Origin: Candidatus Bathyarchaeia archaeon
GTDB lineage: Archaea; Thermoproteota; Bathyarchaeia; 40CM-2-53-6
DNA length: 64,000 bases
Direction: 5' to 3'
NCBI GenBank assembly: GCA_049513715.1
Contig: JBEKVV010000004.1
Span: 1-64,000, forward strand
Under the pieces are notes generated by a model. The model searched no databases. It saw nothing but the letters and a program-made list of their open reading frames with translations, and had not been told where the DNA came from. The first letter of the stretch is position 1, and every line of letters starts with the position of its first letter. Positions 48,297 through 58,361 of this stretch are shown in pieces. A program made the position numbers and the translations under genes.

Positions 48297-48962
48297 ATGG
48301 GCCGGCTAACGGAATCCCATCTCCAACACCTGAAAGCCAACTTGGCCCAACAACTTGTGAACCCAGTAACGTTGACCATGTTCACTCAGGAATTAGAGTG
48401 CGACTACTGCCAAGAGGCGCGTGAGCTTGCGCAAGAGCTTGGTTCGTTGTCAGACAAGATCAAAGTCGAAGTGCTTGACTTTGTGAAGGATAAGGAGAAG
48501 GCGTCTGAATACGGCGTAGACAAAGTGCCAGCCATCGTCATTAGAGGACCCAAGGGTAATCATGTTAATTTCTTCGGAATCCCCGCAGGCTACGAGTTCA
48601 ACACGCTCGTAAAGGATATCGTGCAACTCTCGAGGGGACAGACCGACCTCTCGCCTGAAACTCGACAAGCTCTCAGTAGTGTAAAGGCGCCCGTTCACAT
48701 CAAAGTCTTCGTTACCCCAACATGCCCCTACTGCCCGGGAGCCGTGAGCTTGGCTCATCAGTTCGCAATGGAAAACAGTAACATCAAAGCCGACATGATC
48801 GAAATCAACGAATTCCCACAACTCGCAATCAAGTATGGCGTGATGGGGGTACCTAAGACCGTGATTAACGAGAACATCGAGATGCTGGGCATGCAGTCTG
48901 AGGAGGAGTTCCTCCGCCAAGTCGAAGCAGCCACAAGGCCGCCATCACCAACTTATGGTTGA
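48297..48962 (+). CDS. Archaeal protein disulfide oxidoreductase (two thioredoxin units)
   Basis: CDYC and CPYC active sites, GIPAGYEF, YGVMGVP. Confidence 0.92.
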   Translation: MGRLTESHLQHLKANLAQQLVNPVTLTMFTQELECDYCQEARELAQELGSLSDKIKVEVLDFVKDKEKASEYGVDKVPAIVIRGPKGNHVNFFGIPAGYEFNTLVKDIVQLSRGQTDLSPETRQALSSVKAPVHIKVFVTPTCPYCPGAVSLAHQFAMENSNIKADMIEINEFPQLAIKYGVMGVPKTVINENIEMLGMQSEEEFLRQVEAATRPPSPTYG

Positions 48963-49027
48963 GGCTGTCAGCTGATTTCGCTACCTCTATTTCCCGCAAT
49001 CTTTCATTAGCGAATCGAGGTTTCACA

Positions 49028-49549
49028 ATGGATGCTTACGAATGTGTTCTCACTAAGCTTGATGTGCGCGAGTTTGATTCAACGAATGTTCCTGCGGAAG
49101 TGAAGCTGAAAGTTCTGGAGGCAGCTCGAGCTACGGGTAGTGGCATGAACGTTCAGGTTTGGCGGTTCATACTGGTTCAGGGACGCGAACGCCTCAAGAA
49201 GCTAGCTCAGGACAGTACCACAGGTCAGTGGGTGGAGCATGCCAATTTTGCCGTGATAATCCTGACCGACCCCAAAGGTGGTTTCCACATCATAGACGCC
49301 GGTAGAGCAACACAGGATATGCAGCTTGCGGCGTGGAACTATGGAGTAGTGTCATGTGTCTTCACTGGGTTCAACTTGGAGGCCTTACGCAAGGACTTCT
49401 CCATTCCAAAAGAGTTGGCCCCGAGCATAATCATCGGTTTCGGTTATCCCGGCGAGAAGATTTCAGGGAAGAAAAAGAACCGCAAACCCCTCACCGAACT
49501 CGTCTATTTGGACGAGTACGGGAAAACTCTCGACGCAAAGCAATTATGA
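49028..49549 (+). CDS. Nitroreductase family protein
   Basis: VREF, TGSGMNVQVWRF, DAGRATQDMQLAA, IGFGYP, RKPL. Confidence 0.88.
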   Translation: MDAYECVLTKLDVREFDSTNVPAEVKLKVLEAARATGSGMNVQVWRFILVQGRERLKKLAQDSTTGQWVEHANFAVIILTDPKGGFHIIDAGRATQDMQLAAWNYGVVSCVFTGFNLEALRKDFSIPKELAPSIIIGFGYPGEKISGKKKNRKPLTELVYLDEYGKTLDAKQL

Positions 49550-49589
49550 ACCTAAGTTCTCCCAGTAATGAAAGTCGGCGAGATCTGAG

Positions 49590-50048
49590 TTGCCTTTATC
49601 CAAGTCTGAATTAGCGTCTTTTCTAGACGAAGTTCGCATGGCGCACCTCGCAACATCATCGAAGAGTGGCAAACCGCGTGTTTCCCCGATCTGGTATGTG
49701 TACGAAGATGGCGTATTCTACTTCACAACGCGTCTCTCCCGCGTGAAAGGCCGGCACGTTCAGAACAATCCATCAGTCGCCCTCAGCATTGCTACAGACC
49801 AGCGCCCTTACCGCGCAGTCTGCGCCTTCGGCCAAGCTACGATCGTCAAGCAAGGCCGCGACGAATGGCTGAAGCGAATCTCCTACCGCTATGGCGCGGA
49901 GGAAGGAAGAAACTGGTTGGGTAACGCTGTAAAGCAGCCCGGCAGGGTCGTGTTTATGATGAAACCTGACCGGATCTTGTCTTGGGATTACAGTCGCGGC
50001 GACAGTGAAAAGCAAGAAAAGGGCGAATCAATGGACACAATTTCATAG
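49590..50048 (+). CDS. Pyridoxamine 5'-phosphate oxidase-like split-barrel (possibly F420-binding) protein
   Basis: HLAT...GKPRVSPIWY, K.RH..NNPSVAL, SWDY. Confidence 0.85.
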   Translation: MPLSKSELASFLDEVRMAHLATSSKSGKPRVSPIWYVYEDGVFYFTTRLSRVKGRHVQNNPSVALSIATDQRPYRAVCAFGQATIVKQGRDEWLKRISYRYGAEEGRNWLGNAVKQPGRVVFMMKPDRILSWDYSRGDSEKQEKGESMDTIS

Positions 50049-50055
50049 ATGCGAC

Positions 50056-51768
50056 TTACCGACTGCGCTGATTGCCATAGGCGGTCCTTCTTGCATTAGT
50101 TATTTTGTGTCGGAGCTGGGCGAAGTATTGTTCCTGGTTTCGCATCTCGTTCTCGAAGAAATCGACAGCCTCCCTACAAGCAGAGGTGTTTTCTCGCGCG
50201 TTAGTCGCAAGAAACGGTATCAACTTTCTGTAGGCTTTCTCTCTTAACTCCGATTCTGTCATTCCGCCCTTCACCGTTTCATCGATCAAATCAGTCAAGT
50301 CAGACCTTAGCTTACTCGGGGCATTTTTAACCCTTGAAGCTGAAGATTCAGAAAGTTTGGGTTTGAAGAAGGTGAAGACGAAATCCCCCACGAATGCTCC
50401 AATCTGCATTGCGTGGAATGTTGTGGTGTAAGAGCGGATTGGCTTCTGGTACAGTAGCCCTTTTGGATGAAGCGTGAACCCGGCTTTTGAAGCGGCTATT
50501 ACGAAGCTGGCAACCACGCGCACGTCTTTGCTGTTAAAGGTGGACACAAGATACCGTTGTGGTCTCAGAACGCGGTAGCACTCCTGGAACACTGAAAACA
50601 ATGAGGCTTCATAGTCTTCGAGCCTCTTCCCCTGGGACCGGTTGATTACAATCTCCTTCGTCTTGGAAGTCGTCCTGCCTTTACTCAGCCAGATGAACCA
50701 ATAATCCGAAAGTTCGCCATAGTTGACATTGCCACCGTAGGGAGGGTCAGTGATTATTGCGTCTATGCTGGAGTCTGGCATTGGAAGTTTTGAAGAACTT
50801 TGATTCAAAATGAGACAGGTAGCTGAGTTGGCCGATAGGCTGTCGAAGTCCTCAGCGAGCCTGCAGTTTTGTCCAATGTGTTCATTGCTGTATCGCTTTC
50901 CGCGCAAAACCGCTGCGGCGCGTCTCTCAAAGGTCTTCCACACGTTGATTTCGAGAGATTTTGGATATATCCAGTAGGCGTGCATAGCCCACCCTTCGAC
51001 AATTTCCCCTCTCAGGTGAGATTGTCGGCTTGCCCACTTCAGAGATCCGCTGAAAGCAAATTGGAGAAAGCTACGCGCCTCAGCGTCTTTCACTCGGGCA
51101 ATCTCATCGAAAAGCATGGAGAGCCCAAGTAGATTTCTCCTCGTGAACAACTCGTGGAAGATGTGAACATTCTGCTTCAGCAACGAATCGGTTTTGTCTC
51201 CAGCTGGAACCTTTGTTTGCGGGTACCACAAATCATTCGCTCTAACCTCTTCAGCAAAGTTGTCGACTATTCGCTGCGCGAGCACACGGTCCTCTTTTGT
51301 CGGAAGCTTTTCCTCCGAACCTCCACATTTCGGGCAGGCGTATTTCAAACGAAGAATTCTCTCATCCTGTTCGTCCCATTCTAACCATTCTGCAAACGCT
51401 TCTGAGTTACATTTCTCGCATTTTGTTGCGTACAGTGAGGATATCTTGTGCCCTACTCGATTGCGTAAGCCACTGAGCGCCTCCTGAAAGCGCGCTAAGT
51501 CTAGGGGGCTGCATTCCATCTTTGTTACGTAAGTTGCCAGCGGGTTGACGTCGACGCCGATCGCTTTCCTTCTGAGTTTCAATGATTCAACGATTGTTAC
51601 TCCGCCGCCGCAGAATGGGTCTAGAATGATGTGATCGGGTGAAGAGTAGTGCGCGATAAGCGCGTTGAATACGTTCCATGGCCTGCGAGCGAAATACTTG
51701 TGCATGGTGTAGACTGGAGAATGGGGTTCCGCTTTCATGGCCTTGGTGAAGGGGGCGGTCAACATCAT
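50056..51768 (-). CDS. Amino-DNA methyltransferase with internal Zn ribbon
   Basis: MHKYFARRP, ILDPFCGGG (SAM), CEKC...CPKC, ITDPPY (catalytic). Confidence 0.85.
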   Translation of the reverse strand: MMLTAPFTKAMKAEPHSPVYTMHKYFARRPWNVFNALIAHYSSPDHIILDPFCGGGVTIVESLKLRRKAIGVDVNPLATYVTKMECSPLDLARFQEALSGLRNRVGHKISSLYATKCEKCNSEAFAEWLEWDEQDERILRLKYACPKCGGSEEKLPTKEDRVLAQRIVDNFAEEVRANDLWYPQTKVPAGDKTDSLLKQNVHIFHELFTRRNLLGLSMLFDEIARVKDAEARSFLQFAFSGSLKWASRQSHLRGEIVEGWAMHAYWIYPKSLEINVWKTFERRAAAVLRGKRYSNEHIGQNCRLAEDFDSLSANSATCLILNQSSSKLPMPDSSIDAIITDPPYGGNVNYGELSDYWFIWLSKGRTTSKTKEIVINRSQGKRLEDYEASLFSVFQECYRVLRPQRYLVSTFNSKDVRVVASFVIAASKAGFTLHPKGLLYQKPIRSYTTTFHAMQIGAFVGDFVFTFFKPKLSESSASRVKNAPSKLRSDLTDLIDETVKGGMTESELREKAYRKLIPFLATNARENTSACREAVDFFENEMRNQEQYFAQLRHKITNARRTAYGNQRSR

Positions 51769-51878
51769 CCGACCTCAATGGTCATGCCCGCTATCTCCAC
51801 TCATCTAGTCCTGCAACCTCTATGGGAGCACTGTTAATTCTTATATCGTATCAGCTGTTGGTTAGCTTGGGTTGAGCC

Positions 51879-52382
51879 ATGGTAAAACGGGCCATATTCA
51901 ATGAGGATAATGTGCCAAAAGGCGGAACCTGCCTCTCGGCCTTCCTGATCCTACGGAACAGGGACGCGGTTCTGGCGGGAAAGATGACGAAGCCAGAAAT
52001 CTGGGTTGACAAATTCCTTGTCGGCGAGTTGTTTGCGCCGAAGTACGTCGCTTCGGGCAAATGGATTCTGCCGGCGTCACACTTACTTTACGGGGAAAAA
52101 CCAGAGGACGGCGCAACCCGCGTGTTAACCCAGCAGTTAGGTTTAGCTAAGACCGAGCTCAAACTCGTCCAAGCCCAATCACACCTATCCCAAAGCCCAA
52201 CCGACCCGGAGGCAGCGCATTGGGACATATGCTTCATCTACGAAGGCCAAGTGCCCGGTGAAATCCGCAAGCCAGAATGGTTCTCTGAACTCGAGTTCCT
52301 GAAACCGCAGGGGCTCAAAGCCGACGACTTCACAAGAGGCCACGGCGACGTGCTGCTAGAACGAGGCATAATCAAGAACTAA
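51879..52382 (+). CDS. NUDIX-fold protein with degenerate Nudix box
   Basis: GKWILPASHLLYGEKPEDGATRVLTQQLGL. Confidence 0.7.
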   Translation: MVKRAIFNEDNVPKGGTCLSAFLILRNRDAVLAGKMTKPEIWVDKFLVGELFAPKYVASGKWILPASHLLYGEKPEDGATRVLTQQLGLAKTELKLVQAQSHLSQSPTDPEAAHWDICFIYEGQVPGEIRKPEWFSELEFLKPQGLKADDFTRGHGDVLLERGIIKN

Positions 52383-52725
52383 CTTCACCCTTCACCGGAA
52401 TGAAATGAGGGCCATACGGCCCCACACTGAAAATGCGCTAGTTAGAGTCAGCCACGACTTACCAACTCAAGCCGCCCATTTTGGTGAGCCAACCCAAACC
52501 TCGAACCAACCTCGACGTGACGAGGTTCAGGTTCTGTCAGTCGCTAAATCCTCGTTCCGAGTATTGATTGTTAGGTGAAATTGCAATGGCAACAATAGTG
52601 ATTTCGTTGAGCGACTGGTCGAATCAGCCAGCGCTGGAAGTGAGTTGGCCTCCAAGAAACAGCAGGCCAATTCCCGGTTGGCCAGGCGGCCCCCACATGT
52701 AACTTGAGGAAGGAGGTGAAAGATT

Positions 52726-52860
52726 ATGTGCTATGAACACGGAGGACGACATTTCCTTACAAAGGAAGAAAAGATTGAGTGGCTCGAAGAATACAAAGGC
52801 AGTCTGGAGAAGGAACTGACAGGCGTCACAGAGAGAATCCAAGAGCTAAAGAAGAACTAG
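52726..52860 (+). CDS. Small coiled-coil protein (DUF5320-like), 44 aa, missing from the ORF track
   Basis: MCYEHGGRHFLTKEEKIEWLEEYKGSLEKELTGVTERIQELKKN preceded by strong SD AGGAGGTGA. Confidence 0.75.
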   Translation: MCYEHGGRHFLTKEEKIEWLEEYKGSLEKELTGVTERIQELKKN

Positions 52861-52995
52861 CCACCAGTCGTGTGAGGTCGGAAAATCCATTTCTCTTCTT
52901 CCCATTTTCTAGTTAGCAAACTCATCGGACGAAGAGCAAACGATTAAGGTTCGAACGCGGTCTAGGCGACCGCGGCGCAAGGATGGGTTTGTAGA

Positions 52996-53355
52996 TTGGA
53001 TCTCAAACATACGGTCAACTTGCTAATCTACGCATCAGTTGCGTTTGGGGTAGTTCTTCTCCCCCAGTTGTACCTCCTCGTTCCAGTTTGGCTGTTTTAC
53101 TCAGTTCTAACGGGATGGGCGGTTTACGTTGTGGTTGCCTTGGCCGTGGCGACTGGCCACAAAGTTGGGTATCCAATCGCTTTCATTTTGGCATTGGTGA
53201 CGTTGCTCGTTTCGCTTCCGCAACCCGAACATTACTCGTTCGTAGAGGCAGGGGTTTCACTGGCTTCAATCACTTTCCTGGCAGGTTCCTTGCTTCAAAT
53301 TGCTTTACTGATCTTGATACCGTTGTATCTCGTAAAAGAGCGGCACAAACGCTAG
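52996..53355 (+). CDS. Hypothetical 4-TM membrane protein
   Basis: Four hydrophobic segments, QPEHY loop. Confidence 0.6.
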   Translation: MDLKHTVNLLIYASVAFGVVLLPQLYLLVPVWLFYSVLTGWAVYVVVALAVATGHKVGYPIAFILALVTLLVSLPQPEHYSFVEAGVSLASITFLAGSLLQIALLILIPLYLVKERHKR

Positions 53356-53376
53356 TTGCTGCGCGGCTCCACAGCT

Positions 53377-53628
53377 TTAGAGTCCTAACTGTTTCTTGAT
53401 TTCTGCCTCATCGACGCCAAGGATTTCAAGCACTTTCATATTGGAATGGAACCCGCCCACTATCCTTACACTCGACGAGGACACGCGGAGCCTGCGGCTC
53501 AACCATTTCACAATTTCCCGATTCGCTTTCCCCTTCGAAGGCGGAGCAGCAACATGCATCGTGATTGTACCGTCAAGTTCCCGGATCAGCTTAGTTTCGC
53601 GGCTCAGAGGCTTAACGTGCACCTTCAA
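53377..53628 (-). CDS. DUF167/YggU family protein
   Basis: VKP, APPSKGKAN, V.IVGG..S..K. Confidence 0.85.
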   Translation of the reverse strand: MKVHVKPLSRETKLIRELDGTITMHVAAPPSKGKANREIVKWLSRRLRVSSSSVRIVGGFHSNMKVLEILGVDEAEIKKQLGL

Positions 53629-53676
53629 CTTTGAACTTGTTGTGAGGTCTAATTCGATTGCCTTCAGTTGGTTGAA

Positions 53677-54171
53677 CTAGATGTCTTCTCCAGCCATGTC
53701 GCGCAGTCGGCGGTGCCATTCAGGGAATGTGTATTCGCTGAGTGCGTAGCTCTCTTTGTATGGTTTGATATCCAAAATGGGTGTACCATCGAAACAGTCT
53801 AGCCCTTGCACAAGCAGCTTCCCGCCTTCTCTTCGAATGAGCTTCACTAGGGACAACCCGATTGGGTTTGGTCTGGTAGGAGAGTCTATGGCAAAGACTC
53901 CGACAAGCGGGAGTTCTTCAAGCTTGAAGCCCTTCCTGAGCAACCGGCGGGGTTTGACTTTCAACGGGCCAATCTGGTCCGGCCGAAGCTTATTCAGGTA
54001 AGTTAGCACGAAAATGTGCGAGCAACCATCCAACCCCTCCAATCCTTCTAGGAACTCAGGCAGGATTTCAATCGTCGAAATGACCTCCTTCCTACCTTCT
54101 TTCATCTGGTCATCCGAAGCTTGGGTCCGCACAGTTCCGATAGGCCGAAACGTCACTTTGGTTTCACCCAT
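53677..54171 (-). CDS. tsaA: tRNA (t6A37) N6-methyltransferase TrmO/TsaA family
   Basis: FRPIG, GVFAIDSPTRPNPIGLS, GLDCFDGTPILDIKPY. Confidence 0.85.
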   Translation of the reverse strand: MGETKVTFRPIGTVRTQASDDQMKEGRKEVISTIEILPEFLEGLEGLDGCSHIFVLTYLNKLRPDQIGPLKVKPRRLLRKGFKLEELPLVGVFAIDSPTRPNPIGLSLVKLIRREGGKLLVQGLDCFDGTPILDIKPYKESYALSEYTFPEWHRRLRDMAGEDI

Positions 54172-54270
54172 TTTCTTGCCCTCAACAGTTGAAGTAGGCT
54201 ATGGGCTGAGTTGTGGGGAACCTAGAATAAGATTTATTGCGACTCCAGCAGAGCATGGATTTGGTCTCAT

Positions 54271-54525
54271 TTGGACAGTATTAGCGTAACTGTCGTGTAT
54301 CTTGGCCAGGCCCGCGAGGTAGCAGGGACCAAAGAAGACCAGTTTGCCCTAACTAGCCCCGCGAAAATCGAACACGCGTTCACGCAGGCAGTTAGCGCTC
54401 ATCCAGGACTAGCTAAGATGAAAGAAATCATCCGTCCCCTCCTGAACGGCCAATGGGCGAAGGAGAACGCAGAACTCAAAGACGGAGATCGAGTCGCTCT
54501 TCTACCGCCAGTCGGCGGCGGCTAG
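54271..54525 (+). CDS. moaD: MoaD/SAMP ubiquitin-like sulfur carrier
   Basis: LNG, LKDGDRVALLPPVGGG C-terminus; adjacent to moeA. Confidence 0.85.
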   Translation: MDSISVTVVYLGQAREVAGTKEDQFALTSPAKIEHAFTQAVSAHPGLAKMKEIIRPLLNGQWAKENAELKDGDRVALLPPVGGG

Positions 54526-54679
54526 ACAACTCCAATTATCTGACCTAAGACGACTGATTTTCGTCATCTACTTTCAAAGTGTTGAGGACAAAAACTGATG
54601 AGGCACTCCAGCCGTATCCTTTTAACCGAAACCCAGTAGCAAAGTCTTCATTCGCTAAATGCAAAAAAGCTGAGGAAAA

Positions 54680-55981
54680 TTGGCTTCGCACTCTGAACAC
54701 AGCGGTCATGACGTCTGTGGAACAGGCTTCAAGCACTTGACTCCAGTACGCGAAGCTCTTGGCATTGTTGTCAAAAATCTCCCAAAGAAGTCGCCTGCAG
54801 TTGAGACTATTCCTGCCACCTCTGCGTTGGGTCGCGTGCTCGCCGCGGATGTTGTTTCAGGCGTGGATGTCCCATCGTTTGACAGAGCCGCTATGGATGG
54901 GTACGCTGTGACAGCAGAGGACACGTACGGCGCGAGTGTTACCGCGCCAGTTTTCCTGCGGAATGTCGGGAGTGTTCCAATAGGGGTTCCTCCCAATGTG
55001 CATCTGGCTAAGGGCCAGACGGTTGCAATTGTCACTGGTGCTCAGATGCCGCAAGGCGCGAATGCGGTCGTGATGGTTGAACATTCCAAGCAGCGTTCCG
55101 ATGGGACTGTTGAGTTGTCAGACGAGGTTCATCCCATTGAGAATGTCTCAAGAATGGGCGAAGATGTTCGAAGGGGAGTCGTCGTTCTCAAGAAGGGAAC
55201 AATGGCCCTACCGCAAGATCTCGGGATGCTGACATATTTGGGAATTCATGAGGTAACTGTTGCGCGCAGACTGCGTGTTGGCATTCTGTCCACTGGCAAT
55301 GAACTTCATGAAGGTTCAGAGCCAGAACCAAGCAAGATTCCGGATGTGAACCGCCCGTCACTGAAGGGAGCCGTTCAGCAGTTGGGATGCGAGCCATTCG
55401 ATTTGGGTATTGTACCGGACGATCGAGATAAGATCCGTAATGCGCTAGCCCGCGGGATTGAAAAATGCGACGTCGTGCTCGTTACTGCTGGCACTTCGGT
55501 TGGCCCAGGGGACATGGTGCCCGAAATCATAGATTCCTTGGGCAAACCGGGAATGCTAGTTCATGGCGTTGCGATGCGCCCCTCTATGCCGGCTGGATTG
55601 GCGGTCGTCGAGGGCAAACCGGTTGTTTCATTGCCGGGGTATCCGGTCTCAGCTTACATTGCCTTTCTGGAATTCGTGCCTCCTCTTGTGGAGCACATGC
55701 TCGGAACAAGATTTCTTCCACGGCCAACAGTCAAAGCTAACCTGACACGTCGCGTCACAGGTGTCCTAGGGTCTCGCACCTACTTGCGCGTAACCGTTAG
55801 GTCGACTGAAGAAGGGCTCGTCGTGGAGCCTGTAAGAACCTCGGGGGCCGGTATTCTAAGCAGCTTAGTTCAAGCCAACGGATTCATCATCGTCCCTGAG
55901 AACGTGGAGGGTTACGAGGAGGGGCAGCTCGTCGAAGTAGAGCTCTTTCGGCCATTGGAGAAGGAAAACCTTGTCGAGTAA
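54680..55981 (+). CDS. moeA: Molybdopterin molybdenum/tungsten insertase MoeA
   Basis: ALGRVLA, FDRAAMDGYAV, VTGA, STGNEL, LPGYPVS. Confidence 0.92.
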   Translation: MASHSEHSGHDVCGTGFKHLTPVREALGIVVKNLPKKSPAVETIPATSALGRVLAADVVSGVDVPSFDRAAMDGYAVTAEDTYGASVTAPVFLRNVGSVPIGVPPNVHLAKGQTVAIVTGAQMPQGANAVVMVEHSKQRSDGTVELSDEVHPIENVSRMGEDVRRGVVVLKKGTMALPQDLGMLTYLGIHEVTVARRLRVGILSTGNELHEGSEPEPSKIPDVNRPSLKGAVQQLGCEPFDLGIVPDDRDKIRNALARGIEKCDVVLVTAGTSVGPGDMVPEIIDSLGKPGMLVHGVAMRPSMPAGLAVVEGKPVVSLPGYPVSAYIAFLEFVPPLVEHMLGTRFLPRPTVKANLTRRVTGVLGSRTYLRVTVRSTEEGLVVEPVRTSGAGILSSLVQANGFIIVPENVEGYEEGQLVEVELFRPLEKENLVE

Positions 55982-57971
55982 GAGAAAGATATTTCGCGAA
56001 CTTCGCAGCTTGGAGGACGCTCTTACCACTCTTACGAAAGCATGGTCTGCGACGCCTCTGCCAACCGAGAAGGTTACACTTGAGAATTCACTCGATAGAG
56101 TTCTTGCTGAGGATGTCTTCTCGACCATCGATGTTCCAGGCTTTGACCGTGCAGCCATGGACGGTTTTGCGGTGTTGGCCGAAGACACGTTCAACGTGGA
56201 CGAGCAACATGCTGTGAAGTTGAAAGTGCTCGGTGAACTGGAGGCAGGCGACGCATCCGAGTATGATGCTTCACGAGGTGAGGCCATTGAGATCGCCACA
56301 GGCGCACCAATGCCAAAAGGAGCGAACGCAGTCGTCATGGTGGAGTTTACCAAAAAGGAAAACGGTGACGTGGCAGTTTTCAGACCTGTCTCACCAGGCG
56401 AAAATGTCACCAGCGCCGGCAGCGACGTAATGTCCGGAGAATTGCTGCTCCGGAAATTCCAAATCATAACTCCAAGGGAGGTAGGACTTCTAGCCGCAGC
56501 GGGCATCGAGCAAGTATCCGCCTACTCCAAACCGCGCGTCACCATCTTCTCAAGCGGAAATGAACTCATCAAACCCGGGCAGCCACTTACTTTCGCCAAG
56601 CTCTACGATGTGAACGGCCCTGCAATCACGGCAGCTGTCACAGAGTGTGGCGGGCAACCGAGATTCATGGGAATACTTCCTGACAATTTCGAGACCATCA
56701 AGAATCGACTCAAGGAAGCTCTGGAAGAATCTGACGTCGTCATCTCGTCAGGCAGCACATCCTCAGGACCGGGAGACTTGGTCTATCGAGCTGTTGATGA
56801 ACTAGGCGAACCTGGCGTCCTCGTGCACGGATTAACCATCAAGCCAGGGAAACCTGCCTTGGTGGGGCTGGCAGGCAACAAGTTGATTTTCGGTTTACCT
56901 GGTTACCCCACATCGGCCCTCATGATATTCCATGTGCTTGTCGCTCCCATAATCAGAAGGCTTGCGAACAAAGCCGACGTTCAACCCACAAAGGTTCAAG
57001 CATCCTCGTCAATGAAATTCTTCAAAGCCCGTGGCCGTCGTGAACTGCTTCCCATCCAACTAATCGCCCAGCCAAATGGACAATTGTCAGCTTATCCGAT
57101 GCAGAGTGGCTCCGGCGCGATCAGTTCCTTCGCGCTTGCAGATGGGTTCGCTGATTTTCCTGAAACACAGGAGTACGTGGATGAAGGAGAGAGCATGGAG
57201 GTTGAGCTCTTCGGAAAGGAACTAGTGCCTCCATCCCTTGTAGCAATAGGAAGCCACTGCGTGGGGCTCGATATTGCATTCGCCAAGCTCAGGGAGAAAG
57301 ACCCTACCTTCCTCGGGCGGACTGTCAACGTAGGATCGACTGGAGGGTTCCACGCAATAAGCCGCGGCGAAGCCGACATCGCAGGAGTTCACCTTCAAGA
57401 CGAGAACACTGGGGAATATAACATTCCATTCATCAAGAGTTTCGGTCTCGCAGACACGGTTGTGCTTGTGCGAGGTTACGACAGGGAACAAGGCCTGATC
57501 GTTAAACATGGAAACCCGAAGAAGATCACCGGTGTGGAAGACCTGACTCGGAAGGGTATTCGATTCATAAACCGGAACCGTGGGTCGGGGACTAGGTTCC
57601 TAATCGACAGACATCTCACTAAAGTAGCCAAATCCCATGAGACAGATTTGGAAACCATCTCAGCGAAGATTGAGGGTTACGGATACGAAGCGAAGTCTCA
57701 TTCAGCTGTTGCAGCGGCAATAAAGAATGACCGTGCCGACGTTGGATTCGGCATAAGAACTGTCGCGGTCTCAAATCAACTCGATTTCATCAAATTAGAC
57801 GATGAGAAATACGACTTCCTAATAGCGAAACCTCGCCTCGACAAAGTCTCCGTCAAACGCTTCGTCGAATTGATCAAATCAAGGGAATTCGCTGAATCCC
57901 TGGCACAGAAGGCTCCGGGACTAAGGGCCACTGAACAATCTGGGTTGATTGTTTTTCCTACGAAAACGTAA
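55971..57971 (+). CDS. moeA: MoeA fused to C-terminal periplasmic-binding-protein domain
   Basis: MoeA motifs plus GSHC, GSTGG, ADIAGVH, NRNRGSGTR. Confidence 0.92.
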   Translation: MSSKRKIFRELRSLEDALTTLTKAWSATPLPTEKVTLENSLDRVLAEDVFSTIDVPGFDRAAMDGFAVLAEDTFNVDEQHAVKLKVLGELEAGDASEYDASRGEAIEIATGAPMPKGANAVVMVEFTKKENGDVAVFRPVSPGENVTSAGSDVMSGELLLRKFQIITPREVGLLAAAGIEQVSAYSKPRVTIFSSGNELIKPGQPLTFAKLYDVNGPAITAAVTECGGQPRFMGILPDNFETIKNRLKEALEESDVVISSGSTSSGPGDLVYRAVDELGEPGVLVHGLTIKPGKPALVGLAGNKLIFGLPGYPTSALMIFHVLVAPIIRRLANKADVQPTKVQASSSMKFFKARGRRELLPIQLIAQPNGQLSAYPMQSGSGAISSFALADGFADFPETQEYVDEGESMEVELFGKELVPPSLVAIGSHCVGLDIAFAKLREKDPTFLGRTVNVGSTGGFHAISRGEADIAGVHLQDENTGEYNIPFIKSFGLADTVVLVRGYDREQGLIVKHGNPKKITGVEDLTRKGIRFINRNRGSGTRFLIDRHLTKVAKSHETDLETISAKIEGYGYEAKSHSAVAAAIKNDRADVGFGIRTVAVSNQLDFIKLDDEKYDFLIAKPRLDKVSVKRFVELIKSREFAESLAQKAPGLRATEQSGLIVFPTKT

Positions 57972-57987
57972 CTCGTAATCAAAGAAC

Positions 57988-58209
57988 CTATTCTTTCGCG
58001 ACCATGACCTCAGTGGCCTTTATCACTGCCGAAGCCTTGTCGCCACGTTGCAGTTTGAGGTCCTCAACGGCTTCCTTGCTTATCAGAGCAGTTATCGTGA
58101 TTGGCCCTTCGACTTTTATCTTCACGGAAGCAGTTACCGCACCTTTCTCGACGTTTTCAACAGTGCCATTGAATTGATTTCTCGCACTTATTTTCAATTC
58201 TGTTACCAA
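57988..58209 (-). CDS. Molybdate/tungstate-binding TOBE (Mop) protein
   Basis: ISARNQF.G, ALIS..AVEDL.L, AVIKATEV. Confidence 0.9.
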   Translation of the reverse strand: MVTELKISARNQFNGTVENVEKGAVTASVKIKVEGPITITALISKEAVEDLKLQRGDKASAVIKATEVMVAKE

Positions 58210-58361
58210 CCATCAAGCGATTCCACAGTTTTCCGTCATCGGTAATAACACTATTGCAGTCTTCCAACAAGGCGACAGTCAGGCAATTCGCGCGCATTGG
58301 AACCACGATGGGCACAAGATTGGCAATCTGCCGACACGCCACATCCTACTCAGGGCGGGTA

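Noticed and set aside
48294..48299. In-frame TAG-ATG between arsR and PDO as possible pyrrolysine readthrough
   Set aside because: Both proteins are complete stand-alone families of normal length; simple translational coupling explains it.
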